Source: an uncultured Alphaproteobacteria bacterium (lineage in GTDB: Bacteria; Pseudomonadota; Alphaproteobacteria; Rs-D84). Taken from it: a DNA stretch of 64,000 bases. This document shows positions 18,164 through 28,081 of this stretch, in pieces. The notes under the pieces were generated by a model. That model was not told the DNA's origin. It saw only the letters and a list, made by a program, of their open reading frames with translations, and made no database searches. The DNA lies in assembly GCA_944389345.1 (NCBI GenBank), contig CALXMA010000001.1:1623-65622 (forward strand), read 5' to 3'. Within the stretch, counting starts at the first letter, position 1, and every line of letters begins with the position of its first letter. Position numbers and translations under genes: made by a program.

Positions 18164-20065
18164 ATGGCAAAAGTATTGGGTATTGATTTGGGTACCACTA
18201 ATTCCGCAATGGCGTTTATGGATGGCAGTGAACCCAAAATTATCGAAAATTCCGAAGGTCAACGTACAACGCCGTCTGTGGTCGCAATGACGTCGGGTGG
18301 CGAACAGTTGGTCGGTATTACCGCAAAAAACCAGGCGGTGACAAATCCAGAAAATACTATTTATGAAATTAAACGTTTGATGGGGTTGCGTTTTGACAAT
18401 CCCGCGGTCAAAGAAATTGCCGGTCGTGTGCCGTACAAAATTGTTGCAGGCGACAATGGTGATGCGTGGGTGGAAATCGACGGTAAAAAATATGCACCAT
18501 CACAAATTTCTGCGATGATTTTGGCCAAGTTAAAGAAAGATGCAGAAGCGTATTTGGGCGAAACGGTTAATGATGCTGTTATTACCGTGCCGGCGTATTT
18601 TAATGATTCCCAGCGCCAGGCCACAAAAGATGCGGGACGTATTGCGGGGCTGAACGTTTTACGTATAGTTAATGAACCGACCGCCGCCGCGTTGGCATAC
18701 GGTTTGGACAAGAATAAGAACGGAACCGTGGCCGTATATGATTTAGGTGGTGGTACGTTCGATATTTCTGTGTTGGAAATTGTTGACGGCGTGTTCGAAG
18801 TAAAATCCACGAATGGTGATACGGCGTTGGGTGGTTCTGATTTCGATGCGCGTATTCTGAAATATCTGATTGAAGAATTCAAAGGTCAAACAGGTATTGA
18901 TTTGTCCAATGATAAATTGGCGTTGCAACGTTTGAAAGAAGCCGCAGAAAAGGCAAAAATCGAACTGTCGTCCAAGACGTCAACGGATATTAATTTGCCG
19001 TTCTTGACGGCGGACGCAACCGGTCCGAAACACTTTAACACAACGTTGACACGCGCAAAGTTGGAATCTTTGGTTGATGATTTGATTCAAAAGACCATTG
19101 AACCATGTCGCAAGGCGTTGAAAGACGCGGGTTTGGACAAGGGGCAAATTAACGAAGTTATCTTGGTCGGTGGCCAGACACGTATGCCAAAGGTTCAAGA
19201 AGTTGTCAAAGAATTCTTTGGGCGTGAACCGCACAAGGGTGTTAACCCGGATGAAGTGGTTGCGTTGGGGGCCGCGATTCAAGGTGGTGTGTTAAAGGGC
19301 GATGTCAAAGACGTGTTGTTGTTGGATGTTACACCGCTGTCGTTGGGTATTGAAACATTGGGTGGTGTGTTTACGCGCCTGATTGACCGTAATACAACCA
19401 TTCCGACAAAAAAGACCCAGGTGTTTAGTACCGCGGAAGATAATCAGTCTGCTGTGACTATTCGTGTGTTCCAGGGTGAACGTGAAATGGCCGCGGACAA
19501 CAAATTGTTGGGGCAATTTAACCTGGAAGGTATTGCGCCCGCGCCACGTGGTGTGCCACAAATCGAAGTGTCTTTTGATATCGACGCCAATGGTATAGTT
19601 CACGTGTCGGCCAAGGATAAAGGCACAGGTAAAGAACAGGCGATTTCTATTAAGTCTGATGGAGGGTTGTCCGAAGAAGAAATCCAGCGTATGGTGGATG
19701 AAGCCGCCGCAAACGCGGATGCGGACGCGAAAAAACGTGCACTGGCCGAAGCCAAAAACAATGCAGAAACGGCGGTGTTTACGGTTGAAAAGGCATTGAA
19801 AGAACATGGCGATAAAATCAGTGCTGATGATAAAAAAGCCATCGAAGACGCCAAGAAAGAATTGTCTGATGAATTGGCGAAATCTGATGCCACCGCGGAA
19901 TCGTTAAAGGCCAAGACAGATGTGTTGACGGAAAAGTCTATGAAATTGGGCGAAGCGGTTTACAAGGCAACCCAAGAAGCGTCCCAAAATGCGTCGGCCG
20001 AAAATACCGAAGGCAAATCAGACGAAGGTGGTGCGCGTGATGCAGATTTTTCTGAAAAGAAATAA
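18164..20065 (+). CDS. dnaK: molecular chaperone DnaK (Hsp70)
   Basis: [30 protein letters not shown]; full-length 633 aa. Confidence 0.99.
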   Translation: MAKVLGIDLGTTNSAMAFMDGSEPKIIENSEGQRTTPSVVAMTSGGEQLVGITAKNQAVTNPENTIYEIKRLMGLRFDNPAVKEIAGRVPYKIVAGDNGDAWVEIDGKKYAPSQISAMILAKLKKDAEAYLGETVNDAVITVPAYFNDSQRQATKDAGRIAGLNVLRIVNEPTAAALAYGLDKNKNGTVAVYDLGGGTFDISVLEIVDGVFEVKSTNGDTALGGSDFDARILKYLIEEFKGQTGIDLSNDKLALQRLKEAAEKAKIELSSKTSTDINLPFLTADATGPKHFNTTLTRAKLESLVDDLIQKTIEPCRKALKDAGLDKGQINEVILVGGQTRMPKVQEVVKEFFGREPHKGVNPDEVVALGAAIQGGVLKGDVKDVLLLDVTPLSLGIETLGGVFTRLIDRNTTIPTKKTQVFSTAEDNQSAVTIRVFQGEREMAADNKLLGQFNLEGIAPAPRGVPQIEVSFDIDANGIVHVSAKDKGTGKEQAISIKSDGGLSEEEIQRMVDEAAANADADAKKRALAEAKNNAETAVFTVEKALKEHGDKISADDKKAIEDAKKELSDELAKSDATAESLKAKTDVLTEKSMKLGEAVYKATQEASQNASAENTEGKSDEGGARDADFSEKK

Positions 20066-20087
20066 TTGCATTGGCGTATCATTACAA

Positions 20088-20118
20088 GAAAAATCCCGCA
20101 AATGCGGGATTTTTTTTG
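20088..20118. terminator. bidirectional intrinsic terminator between dnaK and pfk
   Basis: aaaaatcccgcaaatgcgggattttttttg. Confidence 0.7.
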
Positions 20119-20128
20119 TTTGTGCGCC

Positions 20129-21208
20129 CTATTTTATTTCGCCAATATAGATTCCCATATTTGTGGCAATGTTCAATAATGGGTCGTCTGGGGAAACGAA
20201 TGCATCCGATGTTTGTACGTCTGGGATGTTCGGGTCGGCCGTTACGTATCCTGAATCGAAAAAGTCCGCCAGGCTGACCGTTTCACATTTGCAATCGTTT
20301 ATCGCCGTCATAACGTATGTTTCATTATTGTCTATGGCACGCAATGCGCAATCGGCCATACGGGTCGCCAGAATTCTGTCTGATGCCGTGGTATCACCAG
20401 CACGCTGGGTATGTTCTGGGTATGCGGTGCGGTTTACTATGCCCGCCGATGTTAATTTGCGCGAAATCATATCCGCCGGTCGGCCGGAATGTCCGCGCAG
20501 GGATATTCCTTCGGATACCAGGATAATCCCATAGTCGCGTTCAACGTTTTGTATGTGGTTTACCAATGAATTTATATCGAATTTAATTTCTGGAATTAAA
20601 ACAGCGTCCGCGCCAATCGCAATGCCGGCATTTAATGCCAATTGTCCACAATCGCGTCCCATTGTTTGTACAATGAACCAGCGATGATGACTGCGCGCGG
20701 TCATTAATAACTGGTCGCAAAAAGATGTTAATTGTTGTACCGCGGTATTAAATCCAATTGTTTTGTCGGTCAGTGGGATGTCCATGTCTATGGTTTTTGG
20801 AATACAAATCAACTGGATATCTGAATAAATATCGCGGTTGCGCCATGCCAAGGACAGACTGCCGTTGCCACCAATTAAAACCAATGCGTCCAGTTTTAAT
20901 TCTGATAATGATTTCTTTAATTTCTTGTTGAATTTATCCAGTTTTCCCGTTTTGGCCGCCGTTTCAAAATTCAATGCGTCTGCGCGACCGTTGTGCAAAA
21001 AACTGCCCGCGAGGCGTGCGCATTCAATCGGTAATGTGTTCGGGTCGAATTTTACGATTGTCGGTGGTGTCGTGCACAGACCGTCTGTGCCGTCTTGGAT
21101 TCCAATAACACGCCACCCACGCAGAGTTGCGCCGTGAACAATGCGGTGGATTACCGTGTTCAGTCCAGAACAATCACCGCCCGTTGTCATAATGCCTATT
21201 TTCTTCAT
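20129..21208 (-). CDS. pfkA: 6-phosphofructokinase (PfkA family)
   Basis: KIGIMTTGGDCSGLN, LIGGNGSLS, IPKTIDMDIP, MGRDCGQLAL; phosphoryl-donor specificity cannot be judged by eye. Confidence 0.8.
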   Translation of the reverse strand: MKKIGIMTTGGDCSGLNTVIHRIVHGATLRGWRVIGIQDGTDGLCTTPPTIVKFDPNTLPIECARLAGSFLHNGRADALNFETAAKTGKLDKFNKKLKKSLSELKLDALVLIGGNGSLSLAWRNRDIYSDIQLICIPKTIDMDIPLTDKTIGFNTAVQQLTSFCDQLLMTARSHHRWFIVQTMGRDCGQLALNAGIAIGADAVLIPEIKFDINSLVNHIQNVERDYGIILVSEGISLRGHSGRPADMISRKLTSAGIVNRTAYPEHTQRAGDTTASDRILATRMADCALRAIDNNETYVMTAINDCKCETVSLADFFDSGYVTADPNIPDVQTSDAFVSPDDPLLNIATNMGIYIGEIK

Positions 21209-21253
21209 TTTTTATGCCCCAATATTAGTCAGTCAGATTATATCATAAATAAG

Positions 21254-21282
21254 TTGACAAAGAAATTATATTTGCAATAATT
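21254..21282 (+). promoter_or_regulatory. sigma70-type promoter for the LysM gene
   Basis: TTGACA (21254-21259), 17-nt spacer, ATAATT (21277-21282). Confidence 0.4.
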
Positions 21283-21324
21283 TGTCCACGATAAAAATAC
21301 AATTATTTCTAGGAGAAAATCGGT

Positions 21325-22476
21325 ATGTCCAAACACGATAAAAACAAAAATAAAAAGACTTCTACGGATGATTTAATCGACAGTGCTATTGCGCAACAGA
21401 AAGATTGGATGGAAAATCGCCGTACGTTCGCGCGAAAATTCTTGAAGACGTTGAATATATTTGCGCGCCCCGCCCCAAAGAAAGACGATGCGGTGGTTGC
21501 AACCCAGGTTGTGGAAAATCGCCGTCGCAGTGGTTTGGCGTCGTATTGGTTTCCGATTTTGTGCGCAGTGATTGTTGTACTGATTGCGGTATGGGTGGCA
21601 TTTATTCGCCCCACCCCGACCAGTACCGTTGTCGTTGTTCCCGATGTGCCGGAACCCGTCGTACAAACAGTTGAAAAAACGGACACAGATACCAGTGTTC
21701 CTATGTTTGATATTGTTCGCATAGAACCAGGTGGAACAATTGTTGTCGCGGGTCGTTGGATTCCAGAACAAAGCGTATCGATTGTTATTAATGGTGAAAT
21801 CGTTGCCACCGAACGTACCGATGTAAATGGTGAATTTGTATATTCGCCAACACGTGCATTCGATGCGGGGAATTATACAATTTCTTTGATTGGTGTTGAA
21901 AAAGATGCTAAATCCGAAGAAAATGTTTTCATTTATATTTCGCCACGCGGATATGAAAATTCTGTATCTTTGTTGATGGATAAAGATGGCAGTACCCTGT
22001 TACAGGCGCCGACATTGCTGACGGATGGCGATTTGGTTGTGTCCAAGATTGACTATCTGGATACGGGACGGATTGTGATAACGGGTGATGCGTTGCCACG
22101 GTTGCGTGTGTCTTTATCATTAGATGGAAAATATTTGGGTTTTGCACGCGTTTCTGATCATAAACATTTTGGTCTGGGCGCAGATGTTGGACAATTGAAA
22201 ACGGGTCAAGAATATCAGTTGGCGGTTCGTTTGCATGATGGCGATGGACGTACAATCGCCCAGGTAAATCACACGTTTACCATGCCAGAAATGACCGGTG
22301 ATGACGATACGTATTATACCGTACGCCGTGGTGATTGTCTGTGGATTATTGCGCGTAATTTCCTGCGTCGTGGTGTGTTGTTCAGTATTATTGCAGACCG
22401 CAACAATATTGAAAATCCTGACCTGATTTTCCCAAATCAAAATTTACAGATACCAACGGGGGGAACAGCAAAATGA
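21325..22476 (+). CDS. LysM peptidoglycan-binding domain protein with N-terminal TM anchor
   Basis: TM WFPILCAVIVVLIAVWVAFI; C-terminal LysM YYTVRRGDCLWIIARNF...IADRNNIENPDLIFPNQNLQIP. Confidence 0.8.
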   Translation: MSKHDKNKNKKTSTDDLIDSAIAQQKDWMENRRTFARKFLKTLNIFARPAPKKDDAVVATQVVENRRRSGLASYWFPILCAVIVVLIAVWVAFIRPTPTSTVVVVPDVPEPVVQTVEKTDTDTSVPMFDIVRIEPGGTIVVAGRWIPEQSVSIVINGEIVATERTDVNGEFVYSPTRAFDAGNYTISLIGVEKDAKSEENVFIYISPRGYENSVSLLMDKDGSTLLQAPTLLTDGDLVVSKIDYLDTGRIVITGDALPRLRVSLSLDGKYLGFARVSDHKHFGLGADVGQLKTGQEYQLAVRLHDGDGRTIAQVNHTFTMPEMTGDDDTYYTVRRGDCLWIIARNFLRRGVLFSIIADRNNIENPDLIFPNQNLQIPTGGTAK

Positions 22477-22748
22477 ATGAAAAGCGTCAAAATGAAATGA
22501 TTTATCGTACTGCATCGATGGAATCACGGCATGAAATGGATTTGGCAGGATTGCTGATGATGGTGTCATCGTTGGAAATGCGGGCAAAGGTTTTGCGTGC
22601 GATCTCGGTATTGCGGATTCTGGAAAATGTTCGCAAGAATATTGAACGCGGTGGCGTAAATAAAAAAGTCTTGCGTGCAACGCAAACAAAACTGGAAAAA
22701 ATTCAGGCGGAATTGATAGATTATCAGCAAAACCAAAACAGCAGATAA
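22473..22748 (+). CDS. hypothetical small protein (predicted helical)
   Basis: ATGA overlap with the LysM gene stop; no motif recognised. Confidence 0.35.
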   Translation: MNEKRQNEMIYRTASMESRHEMDLAGLLMMVSSLEMRAKVLRAISVLRILENVRKNIERGGVNKKVLRATQTKLEKIQAELIDYQQNQNSR

Positions 22749-22779
22749 TAATATCTGTTGCTGCACATGGGGGGGATTT

Positions 22780-23277
22780 ATGTCTGGCAGGAATATATTT
22801 GGGTATTTTGTTGGAATACTGTTGTTCTTGATAATTATTCCCGGGGTGATGTATGGCGTTGCGGTTAATTTTGTTGTGCCCATAGATTTATTGGTGTGTT
22901 GTGTGCTGGGGTTATTGCTGGCTGTATTGGGCATGGTTTTTATGATTTGGTCAAATGTTGATATGGTCAGAATTGGTCGCGGATGTCCAACAGATGGATT
23001 TAATATCGCGTTGGGTGAACGAACCAAGAAACTGATTGTCAGCGGACCATACCGGTATACACGAAATCCGATGTTGTTTGGTACATTTGTTTTCTATTTT
23101 GGATTGGCGTTGCTGTTTAATTCATATTCTGCGTTGGTTGTGCCGATTGTATTTATTTCATATATGGTGTGGCATGTAAAAAAATTTGAAGAACCCAGAT
23201 TGTATAACGACTTCAAAGACGAATATATTAGATATAGAAACACTACCCCATTGTTGTTTCCAAAATTTAAAAAATAA
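22780..23277 (+). CDS. isoprenylcysteine carboxyl/phospholipid methyltransferase-family membrane protein
   Basis: Multi-TM; LIVSGPYRYTRNPMLFGTFVFYFGLALLF signature; GGGGGG RBS. Confidence 0.7.
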   Translation: MSGRNIFGYFVGILLFLIIIPGVMYGVAVNFVVPIDLLVCCVLGLLLAVLGMVFMIWSNVDMVRIGRGCPTDGFNIALGERTKKLIVSGPYRYTRNPMLFGTFVFYFGLALLFNSYSALVVPIVFISYMVWHVKKFEEPRLYNDFKDEYIRYRNTTPLLFPKFKK

Positions 23278-23302
23278 AAAACCGACACAGTGTTGGTTTA
23301 AT
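23271..23302 (+). repeat. terminator-like hairpin, copy 1 of a direct repeat (copy 2 at 23579-23609)
   Basis: aaaataaaaaaccgacacagtgttggtttaat versus aaaataaaaccgacacagggtcggtttaat. Confidence 0.7.
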
Positions 23303-23412
23303 ATATCAAATGCATTTGCCACACTTCGTCAAGACTTCGTGTGGCACGCCTTTGCCTGTACGGCTCGTCTGACGTGTGGCGTAGCCACCCGAAGCCTCGC
23401 CGAGGCGAAGGG

Positions 23413-23442
23413 TGGTGCGGGCGAAGGGAATGTATAATTCCC
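23413..23442 (-). repeat. degenerate duplicate of the tRNA-Gly 3' end (acceptor strand plus T-arm-like hairpin)
   Basis: tggtgcgggcgaagggaat is identical to 23614-23632; it continues as the hairpin gggaat/attccc. Confidence 0.75.
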
Positions 23443-23578
23443 TGCCGAAATCAATCCAATCGCTGGGGCTCTTGGTGATTTCGGCGGGCCCCTTTCACTG
23501 CGCGCTGGCGCGCTGCGTTCCGAACCCTGCGCCGCTGGCGCGGCTTTGTCAGGTTCAATTCCGTCGCCGGCAATCCAA

Positions 23579-23609
23579 AAAAATAAAACCGACACAGGGT
23601 CGGTTTAAT
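23579..23609 (+). repeat. terminator-like hairpin, copy 2
   Basis: See 23271-23302; abuts the 3' end of tRNA-Gly. Confidence 0.7.
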
Positions 23610-23613
23610 TTTT

Positions 23614-23687
23614 TGGTGCGGGCGAAGGGAATCGAACCCTCGTCTTCAGCTTGGGAAGCTGACGTGCTGCCATTATACCACGCCCGC
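23614..23687 (-). tRNA. tRNA-Gly (anticodon CCC), CCA encoded
   Basis: Reverse complement gcgggcg..tcagc-ttCCCaa-gctga..gaggg-ttcgatt-ccctt-cgcccgc-a-cca folds as a cloverleaf. Confidence 0.9.
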
Positions 23688-23817
23688 GATGGGGTGAATT
23701 CTATAATAAAGGTTCGTGAATGTCCAGTACAAAACGCAGTTTCGGGATTTGGGTTGCTTTTTTTGTTTTTCGGGCGTACCATCACATATTGCCTGTTTAA
23801 CAAAGGGAGTTATAATT

Positions 23818-25071
23818 ATGGCAAATGAAAATTTGAACCCGCTGATAGGAGCCCAGCAACGCGTTAAAGTCGCGTGTGAAAAATTGGGACTGGGGGCGGA
23901 TGTTTATGAAATTCTGAAATACCCACAAAGAATGCTGGAAGTGTCTGTTCCGGTTAAAATGGATGATGGATCTGTACGTGTATTCACCGGGTGGCGCGCA
24001 CAGCATAATACGGCCGTTGGACCGTCCAAGGGTGGTGTCAGATTTCACCCAAATGTAACACGCGACGAAGTGGCCGCGCTGTCAATATGGATGACTTTCA
24101 AATGTTCTGTGACCGGTATTCCGTACGGTGGTGGCAAAGGCGGTATCATCGTTAATCCAAAAGAACTGTCCGCTGGCGAACTGGAACGTTTGTGTCGTGG
24201 GTATGTTGATGCGATATATCCGATACTGGGCGAAAAGAAAGATGTGCCCGCACCAGATGTTAACACCAATGCCCAGATTATGGCGTGGATGACCGATGAA
24301 TATATCAAATTATCAGGCGAAAGTTCGTTCGGTACATTTACGGGAAAACCTGTGGAACTGGCGGGATCTTTGGGACGTACCAAGGCGACCGGTTTGGGGA
24401 TTTCTATTATTATGAACGAAGCGCTGAAAAAGCAAGGCAAGTCATTGGACGGTGCACGTGTTGCAATCCAGGGATTTGGCAATGTCGGCAGTTTTACCGC
24501 CAAGTGTGCACATGATATGGGTGCACGTGTTGTCGCAATCGCAGAATGGAATACGACACTGTATAACGAAAACGGAATTGATATCGAAAAATTGATGCAA
24601 TTCAAGGCCGATAATGCCGGCAGTATCAAGGGATTCCCAGATGCATCTGAAATCAGCATCGAAGAATTCTGGGGGTTGGATGTTGATGTGTTGTCGCCAT
24701 GTGCGATGGAAAACACCATCAACAGTGAAACCGCGCCGTTAATCAAGACCAGTTTGGTGGTCGAAGGTGCCAATGGGCCGACAACACTTGACGGCGACAA
24801 GATATTGCAAGACAAAGGTATTACCGTTGTCCCAGACATTTTGGCGAATGCCGGTGGTGTTACGGTTTCTTATTTCGAATGGGTCCAGAATCGCTATGGT
24901 TATTACTGGGGCGAATCCGAAGTCGAACAAAAAGAAGAAACGGCGATGAAGACGGCGTTCGATGCGATTTATAAAATTAAAGAAGAATACAATGTTTCTA
25001 TGCGTGAAGCCACGTATATGTATTCTGTAAAGCGCGTCGCAACCGCAATGAAATTGCGTGGATGGTGTTAA
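23818..25071 (+). CDS. gdh: NAD(P)-dependent glutamate dehydrogenase
   Basis: GPSKGGVRFHP, IPYGGGKGGI, IQGFGNVGS Rossmann motif; AAGGGAG then ATG at 23818 (the ORF-track start at 23716 lies in the intergenic region just downstream of the tRNA). Confidence 0.92.
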   Translation: MANENLNPLIGAQQRVKVACEKLGLGADVYEILKYPQRMLEVSVPVKMDDGSVRVFTGWRAQHNTAVGPSKGGVRFHPNVTRDEVAALSIWMTFKCSVTGIPYGGGKGGIIVNPKELSAGELERLCRGYVDAIYPILGEKKDVPAPDVNTNAQIMAWMTDEYIKLSGESSFGTFTGKPVELAGSLGRTKATGLGISIIMNEALKKQGKSLDGARVAIQGFGNVGSFTAKCAHDMGARVVAIAEWNTTLYNENGIDIEKLMQFKADNAGSIKGFPDASEISIEEFWGLDVDVLSPCAMENTINSETAPLIKTSLVVEGANGPTTLDGDKILQDKGITVVPDILANAGGVTVSYFEWVQNRYGYYWGESEVEQKEETAMKTAFDAIYKIKEEYNVSMREATYMYSVKRVATAMKLRGWC

Positions 25072-25092
25072 TCGTCGTGCGATTCGATAAAA

Positions 25093-25128
25093 TAAAAATC
25101 CCCAATTCGGGGATTTTTATTTTTTTTG
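25093..25128. terminator. bidirectional intrinsic terminator
   Basis: stem atcccc/ggggat flanked by A and T runs, between convergent genes. Confidence 0.7.
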
Positions 25129-25144
25129 TTGTGCGCTTTTATTT

Positions 25145-25555
25145 TTATTGTGCACAAACTTCCACAGCGTATGCTTCGCCGGTGGCCTGTTCCGCAGTGC
25201 CACAGAACAAACGGAAATTACATTTGTTTTCTGGGGTGCCCATATCGGCCATAACTTTGTCTGGGATGATGTTCAACAGACATTGACCTTCGGCGACGTA
25301 TTGTGCCGGGTTTTCAACAGACAAAAATGCAACGGTTCTGGCCTTGTTGCCGATTGCGGTCAGTGTTTCTGTGGCCGGCAAAGTGATAATGTAATCGCCC
25401 TGTTGGCCGATTGCAGTAATAGACAGTGCAACGCCGTTTGCAACGCTGTTCTGGATTTCTGTTTCGATTGTTGTGTAATCTTCTGGGGTTGGTTTGCTGT
25501 CGCCACAGGCCACCAATGTGACAGCCGCCAATGCCAATAATGACAGTTTTTTCAT
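25145..25555 (-). CDS. lipoprotein, function unknown
   Basis: MKKLSLLALAAVTLVACGDS lipobox; AAAGGAG then ATG at 25555. Confidence 0.65.
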   Translation of the reverse strand: MKKLSLLALAAVTLVACGDSKPTPEDYTTIETEIQNSVANGVALSITAIGQQGDYIITLPATETLTAIGNKARTVAFLSVENPAQYVAEGQCLLNIIPDKVMADMGTPENKCNFRLFCGTAEQATGEAYAVEVCAQ

Positions 25556-25808
25556 ATAGTTCTCCTTTGGTTTGTTTTGCGTTTGCAAGGTTAGTATAAC
25601 ATACTTTTTTACAAAATGTTTGACTTTTTTTATTTTTTGGTACATAATTTTGTGGCAAATCCCAAAGATTGCTATTACAATAACCCCAGTACGCGGTATG
25701 CGTGTGGTACATCAACCGACGAGTTTTCGTCTTTGATGTGTGTTTTTGTTATGTTGTCTGTTGGGCAAGAAATAAAATAAAAAACAGTTTTTTTAAGGAG
25801 CATTAAGT

Positions 25809-26237
25809 ATGGCAACTGTTATCAGATTGGCGCGTTTCGGTGCAAAAAAACGCCCGTATTATCATGTCGTTGTAACGGATTCACGCAATGCGCGTAATTC
25901 TGGCAATGTTTTGGCAACCGTTGGTAAATATGACCCAATGTTGCCACGCGACAGTGAAAAGCGCGTTGTGTTGAAAATCGATGAAATCAAAGATTGGATG
26001 GCCAAGGGTGCAAAGCCGTCTGACCGTGTTTACAAGTTCTTGGCAAAGGCCGGATTGGTCCAGGCTCGCCCTGTTCCGGTTCAGACCAAAAAACATCTGC
26101 AATCCGAAAAAACATTGCAGAAGATCAAGGACAAACAAGACAGATTGGCAAAGATAGCCGAAGAACAGGCAAAGGCCACGGCCGAGGCAGAAGCCCCAGC
26201 ACAAGATGACGCCACCGATGCACCGGTTGCCGAATAA
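25809..26237 (+). CDS. rpsP: 30S ribosomal protein S16 with charged C-terminal extension
   Basis: MATVIRLARFGAKKRPYYHVVVTDSRNARNSG...WMAKGAKPSDRV. Confidence 0.95.
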   Translation: MATVIRLARFGAKKRPYYHVVVTDSRNARNSGNVLATVGKYDPMLPRDSEKRVVLKIDEIKDWMAKGAKPSDRVYKFLAKAGLVQARPVPVQTKKHLQSEKTLQKIKDKQDRLAKIAEEQAKATAEAEAPAQDDATDAPVAE

Positions 26238-26302
26238 GTTGCAATGTAATCCGGGGCATATTCCCCGGATTATTCTTTTACAGTACACGGAGTATATTTG
26301 GC

Positions 26303-26545
26303 ATGGTCGGCGAAAATAAAAAACTTTGTCCGTATGATACGGTCGTACCGTTTGAATGCGATTTGATGTATCGTGATGGTGAACTGTATCGGCAATTACA
26401 GCGCGCCATGTCCAGTGGACGGGAATCGTTTGTGTATCTGCGTTCGGGTGCAGAATGTAATTGCGACCCAGAAATTTGTTCGCGGTATGTTCAACATTTG
26501 ATTGCAAATCTGGATAAATACAAAAAAGTTAATAATGGCAGATAG
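26303..26545 (+). CDS. hypothetical small Cys-containing protein between rpsP and rimM
   Basis: ATG with ACGGAG upstream; 80 aa; overlaps the rimM start by 11 nt; no motif recognised. Confidence 0.3.
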   Translation: MVGENKKLCPYDTVVPFECDLMYRDGELYRQLQRAMSSGRESFVYLRSGAECNCDPEICSRYVQHLIANLDKYKKVNNGR

Positions 26546-27002
26546 AAAACAAATCTTGATTGGGAAAATTGTCGCCCCCCAAGGTGTTCGGGGCGAAGTT
26601 CGTGTTCAAACATATACGGCAAACCCGTCTGATTTGCGCGATTTACCCGTGCATTGTCGAAAATTCGGTGATGGCGCGTTTCACTTTGTGCGGACGGTTC
26701 CGTCTTCGACCGTTATAATTGCGCGTGTTGATGGAATTGAAAATCGCAATGACGCCGAATTGTTACGTGGCACAGATTTGTTCGTTTATCGTGATGAATT
26801 GCCCGATGCGGGTGATGGACAGTTTTATCATGCCGACTTAATTGGTATGCGCGTTGTGCGTGGCGACGTTGAAATTGGCGTCGTCGAAGACATACAGAAC
26901 TATGGCGGTGGTGATATTTTGGAACTGGATAATGGGGATATGGTGTCGTTGGTCGGGGCCCAGGTTGATATGGCCACGCGTACTATATTCGTTCGGGGGT
27001 AA
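26535..27002 (+). CDS. rimM: 16S rRNA processing protein RimM
   Basis: ILIGKIVAPQGVRGEVRVQTYT...DELLPDAGDGQFYHADLIGM. Confidence 0.9.
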   Translation: MADRKQILIGKIVAPQGVRGEVRVQTYTANPSDLRDLPVHCRKFGDGAFHFVRTVPSSTVIIARVDGIENRNDAELLRGTDLFVYRDELPDAGDGQFYHADLIGMRVVRGDVEIGVVEDIQNYGGGDILELDNGDMVSLVGAQVDMATRTIFVRG

Positions 27003-27008
27003 TAAAAA

Positions 27009-27389
27009 ATGAAGCAGTATAATAAGTTAATGCCCAGAACATTTGTAATGGAATCTGATGATTTTCAGACGTTGTATTTGCCGAACCGACCCAGTGGTCG
27101 CAAGAATGGCGATTGTGTATCCTGTTGTGTTTATGCGTGTTCCCAATTTATGGAATACGCGGTGGACAGATGGGGACGCAGAATTATCCCCAAGGGCGCC
27201 AAGTGTCCGCACCAGGTTTTATATCATGGTGGACATCCGGTATGTGATGGACAACGCGTTTGTCATAATGGCGAAATTGTTGGGACCGTGCGCAGATACG
27301 AATCCGTGAGACGCATAGGTGTATCTTTGCGGGATCAGATGGCAATTCGGCAAGATTTTATTGAACTGAACAATCAAAAGATACGATAG
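27009..27389 (+). CDS. hypothetical Cys/His-rich protein inserted between rimM and trmD
   Basis: GGGGG RBS 9 nt upstream of the ATG; GDCVSCCVYACSQF...CPHQVLYHGGHPVCDGQRVCHNG. Confidence 0.45.
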   Translation: MKQYNKLMPRTFVMESDDFQTLYLPNRPSGRKNGDCVSCCVYACSQFMEYAVDRWGRRIIPKGAKCPHQVLYHGGHPVCDGQRVCHNGEIVGTVRRYESVRRIGVSLRDQMAIRQDFIELNNQKIR

Positions 27390-27398
27390 AACACGAAG

Positions 27399-28079
27399 AT
27401 GCATTTTAACATACTGACGATTTTTCCAGAAATGTTCCCGGGCACGTTGGGTGCCGGGGTCGTTGGACGGGCACTGGAACGCAAGATATGGTCGTATGAT
27501 GTTATCAATATTCGCGATTTTGCACATGATAACTATGGCAGTGTTGATGATGAACAATTTGGCGGTGGTGTGGGTCAAGTAATGCGCGCCGATGTTTTGG
27601 GTGATGCATTGGATTCTATAAAAAATCGCGGAAAAATTATATACTTTTCACCACGTGGTCCACGGTTGAACCAGAAAATGGTTCGGGAATTTTCCGGGGA
27701 AACGGATGGTGTTTATACCCTGGTCTGTGGACGGTACGAAGGAATCGACCAACGGGTCATTGATGAGTATGGTATAATGGAATTATCGATTGGCGATTAC
27801 ATACTGTCGGGGGGTGAAATTCCCGCGCAAGTTTTTATTGACAGCGTGGTTCGCGTGATGGATAATGTCCTGGGCGGTGGCGCAGATGCCACGGCAAACG
27901 AAAGTTTCGAAATCGGCGGGTTGGAATGGCCGTTATATACCCGTCCGTCGGCATGGCGTGGACGTTGTGTCCCAGAAGTCCTGCTGTCCGGTCATCACGG
28001 CAATATAGAAAGATGGCGGAAACAACAATCGGACGAAATAACAAAGCAACGTCGTCCGGATTTAATAAAGGAAAAGTAA
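27399..28079 (+). CDS. trmD: tRNA (guanine37-N1)-methyltransferase
   Basis: [51 protein letters not shown]. Confidence 0.95.
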   Translation: MHFNILTIFPEMFPGTLGAGVVGRALERKIWSYDVINIRDFAHDNYGSVDDEQFGGGVGQVMRADVLGDALDSIKNRGKIIYFSPRGPRLNQKMVREFSGETDGVYTLVCGRYEGIDQRVIDEYGIMELSIGDYILSGGEIPAQVFIDSVVRVMDNVLGGGADATANESFEIGGLEWPLYTRPSAWRGRCVPEVLLSGHHGNIERWRKQQSDEITKQRRPDLIKEK

Positions 28080-28081
28080 AA

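Noticed and set aside
17410-18237. 275-aa minus-strand ORF across rplY and the dnaK promoter
   Set aside because: It is antisense to L25, crosses a strong terminator and the promoter region, and has no motif.
18164-20065. dnaK without adjacent grpE or dnaJ, and rpoD without dnaG, as signs of something unusual
   Set aside because: This is only a synteny difference. Both genes are intact and the partners may lie elsewhere. It cannot be assessed from this window.
20129-21208. PFK active-site variant (TIDMD instead of TIDND, GGNGS instead of GGDGS) as evidence for PPi dependence or loss of function
   Set aside because: I cannot align reliably enough by eye to assign donor specificity. The observation is noted in the feature entry only.
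23296-23580. GC-rich island considered as RNase P RNA, SRP (4.5S) RNA or 6S RNA
   Set aside because: I found no GGAAAGUCCGG or ACAGAAxCCGGCUUA RNase P blocks and no GGAA-tetraloop/AGCAGC SRP domain IV motif on either strand. It is also too short for RNase P. It is kept as an unexplained structured element in the findings.
24045-24839. 264-aa minus-strand ORF inside gdh
   Set aside because: It is a shadow ORF. The sense strand carries diagnostic glutamate dehydrogenase motifs.
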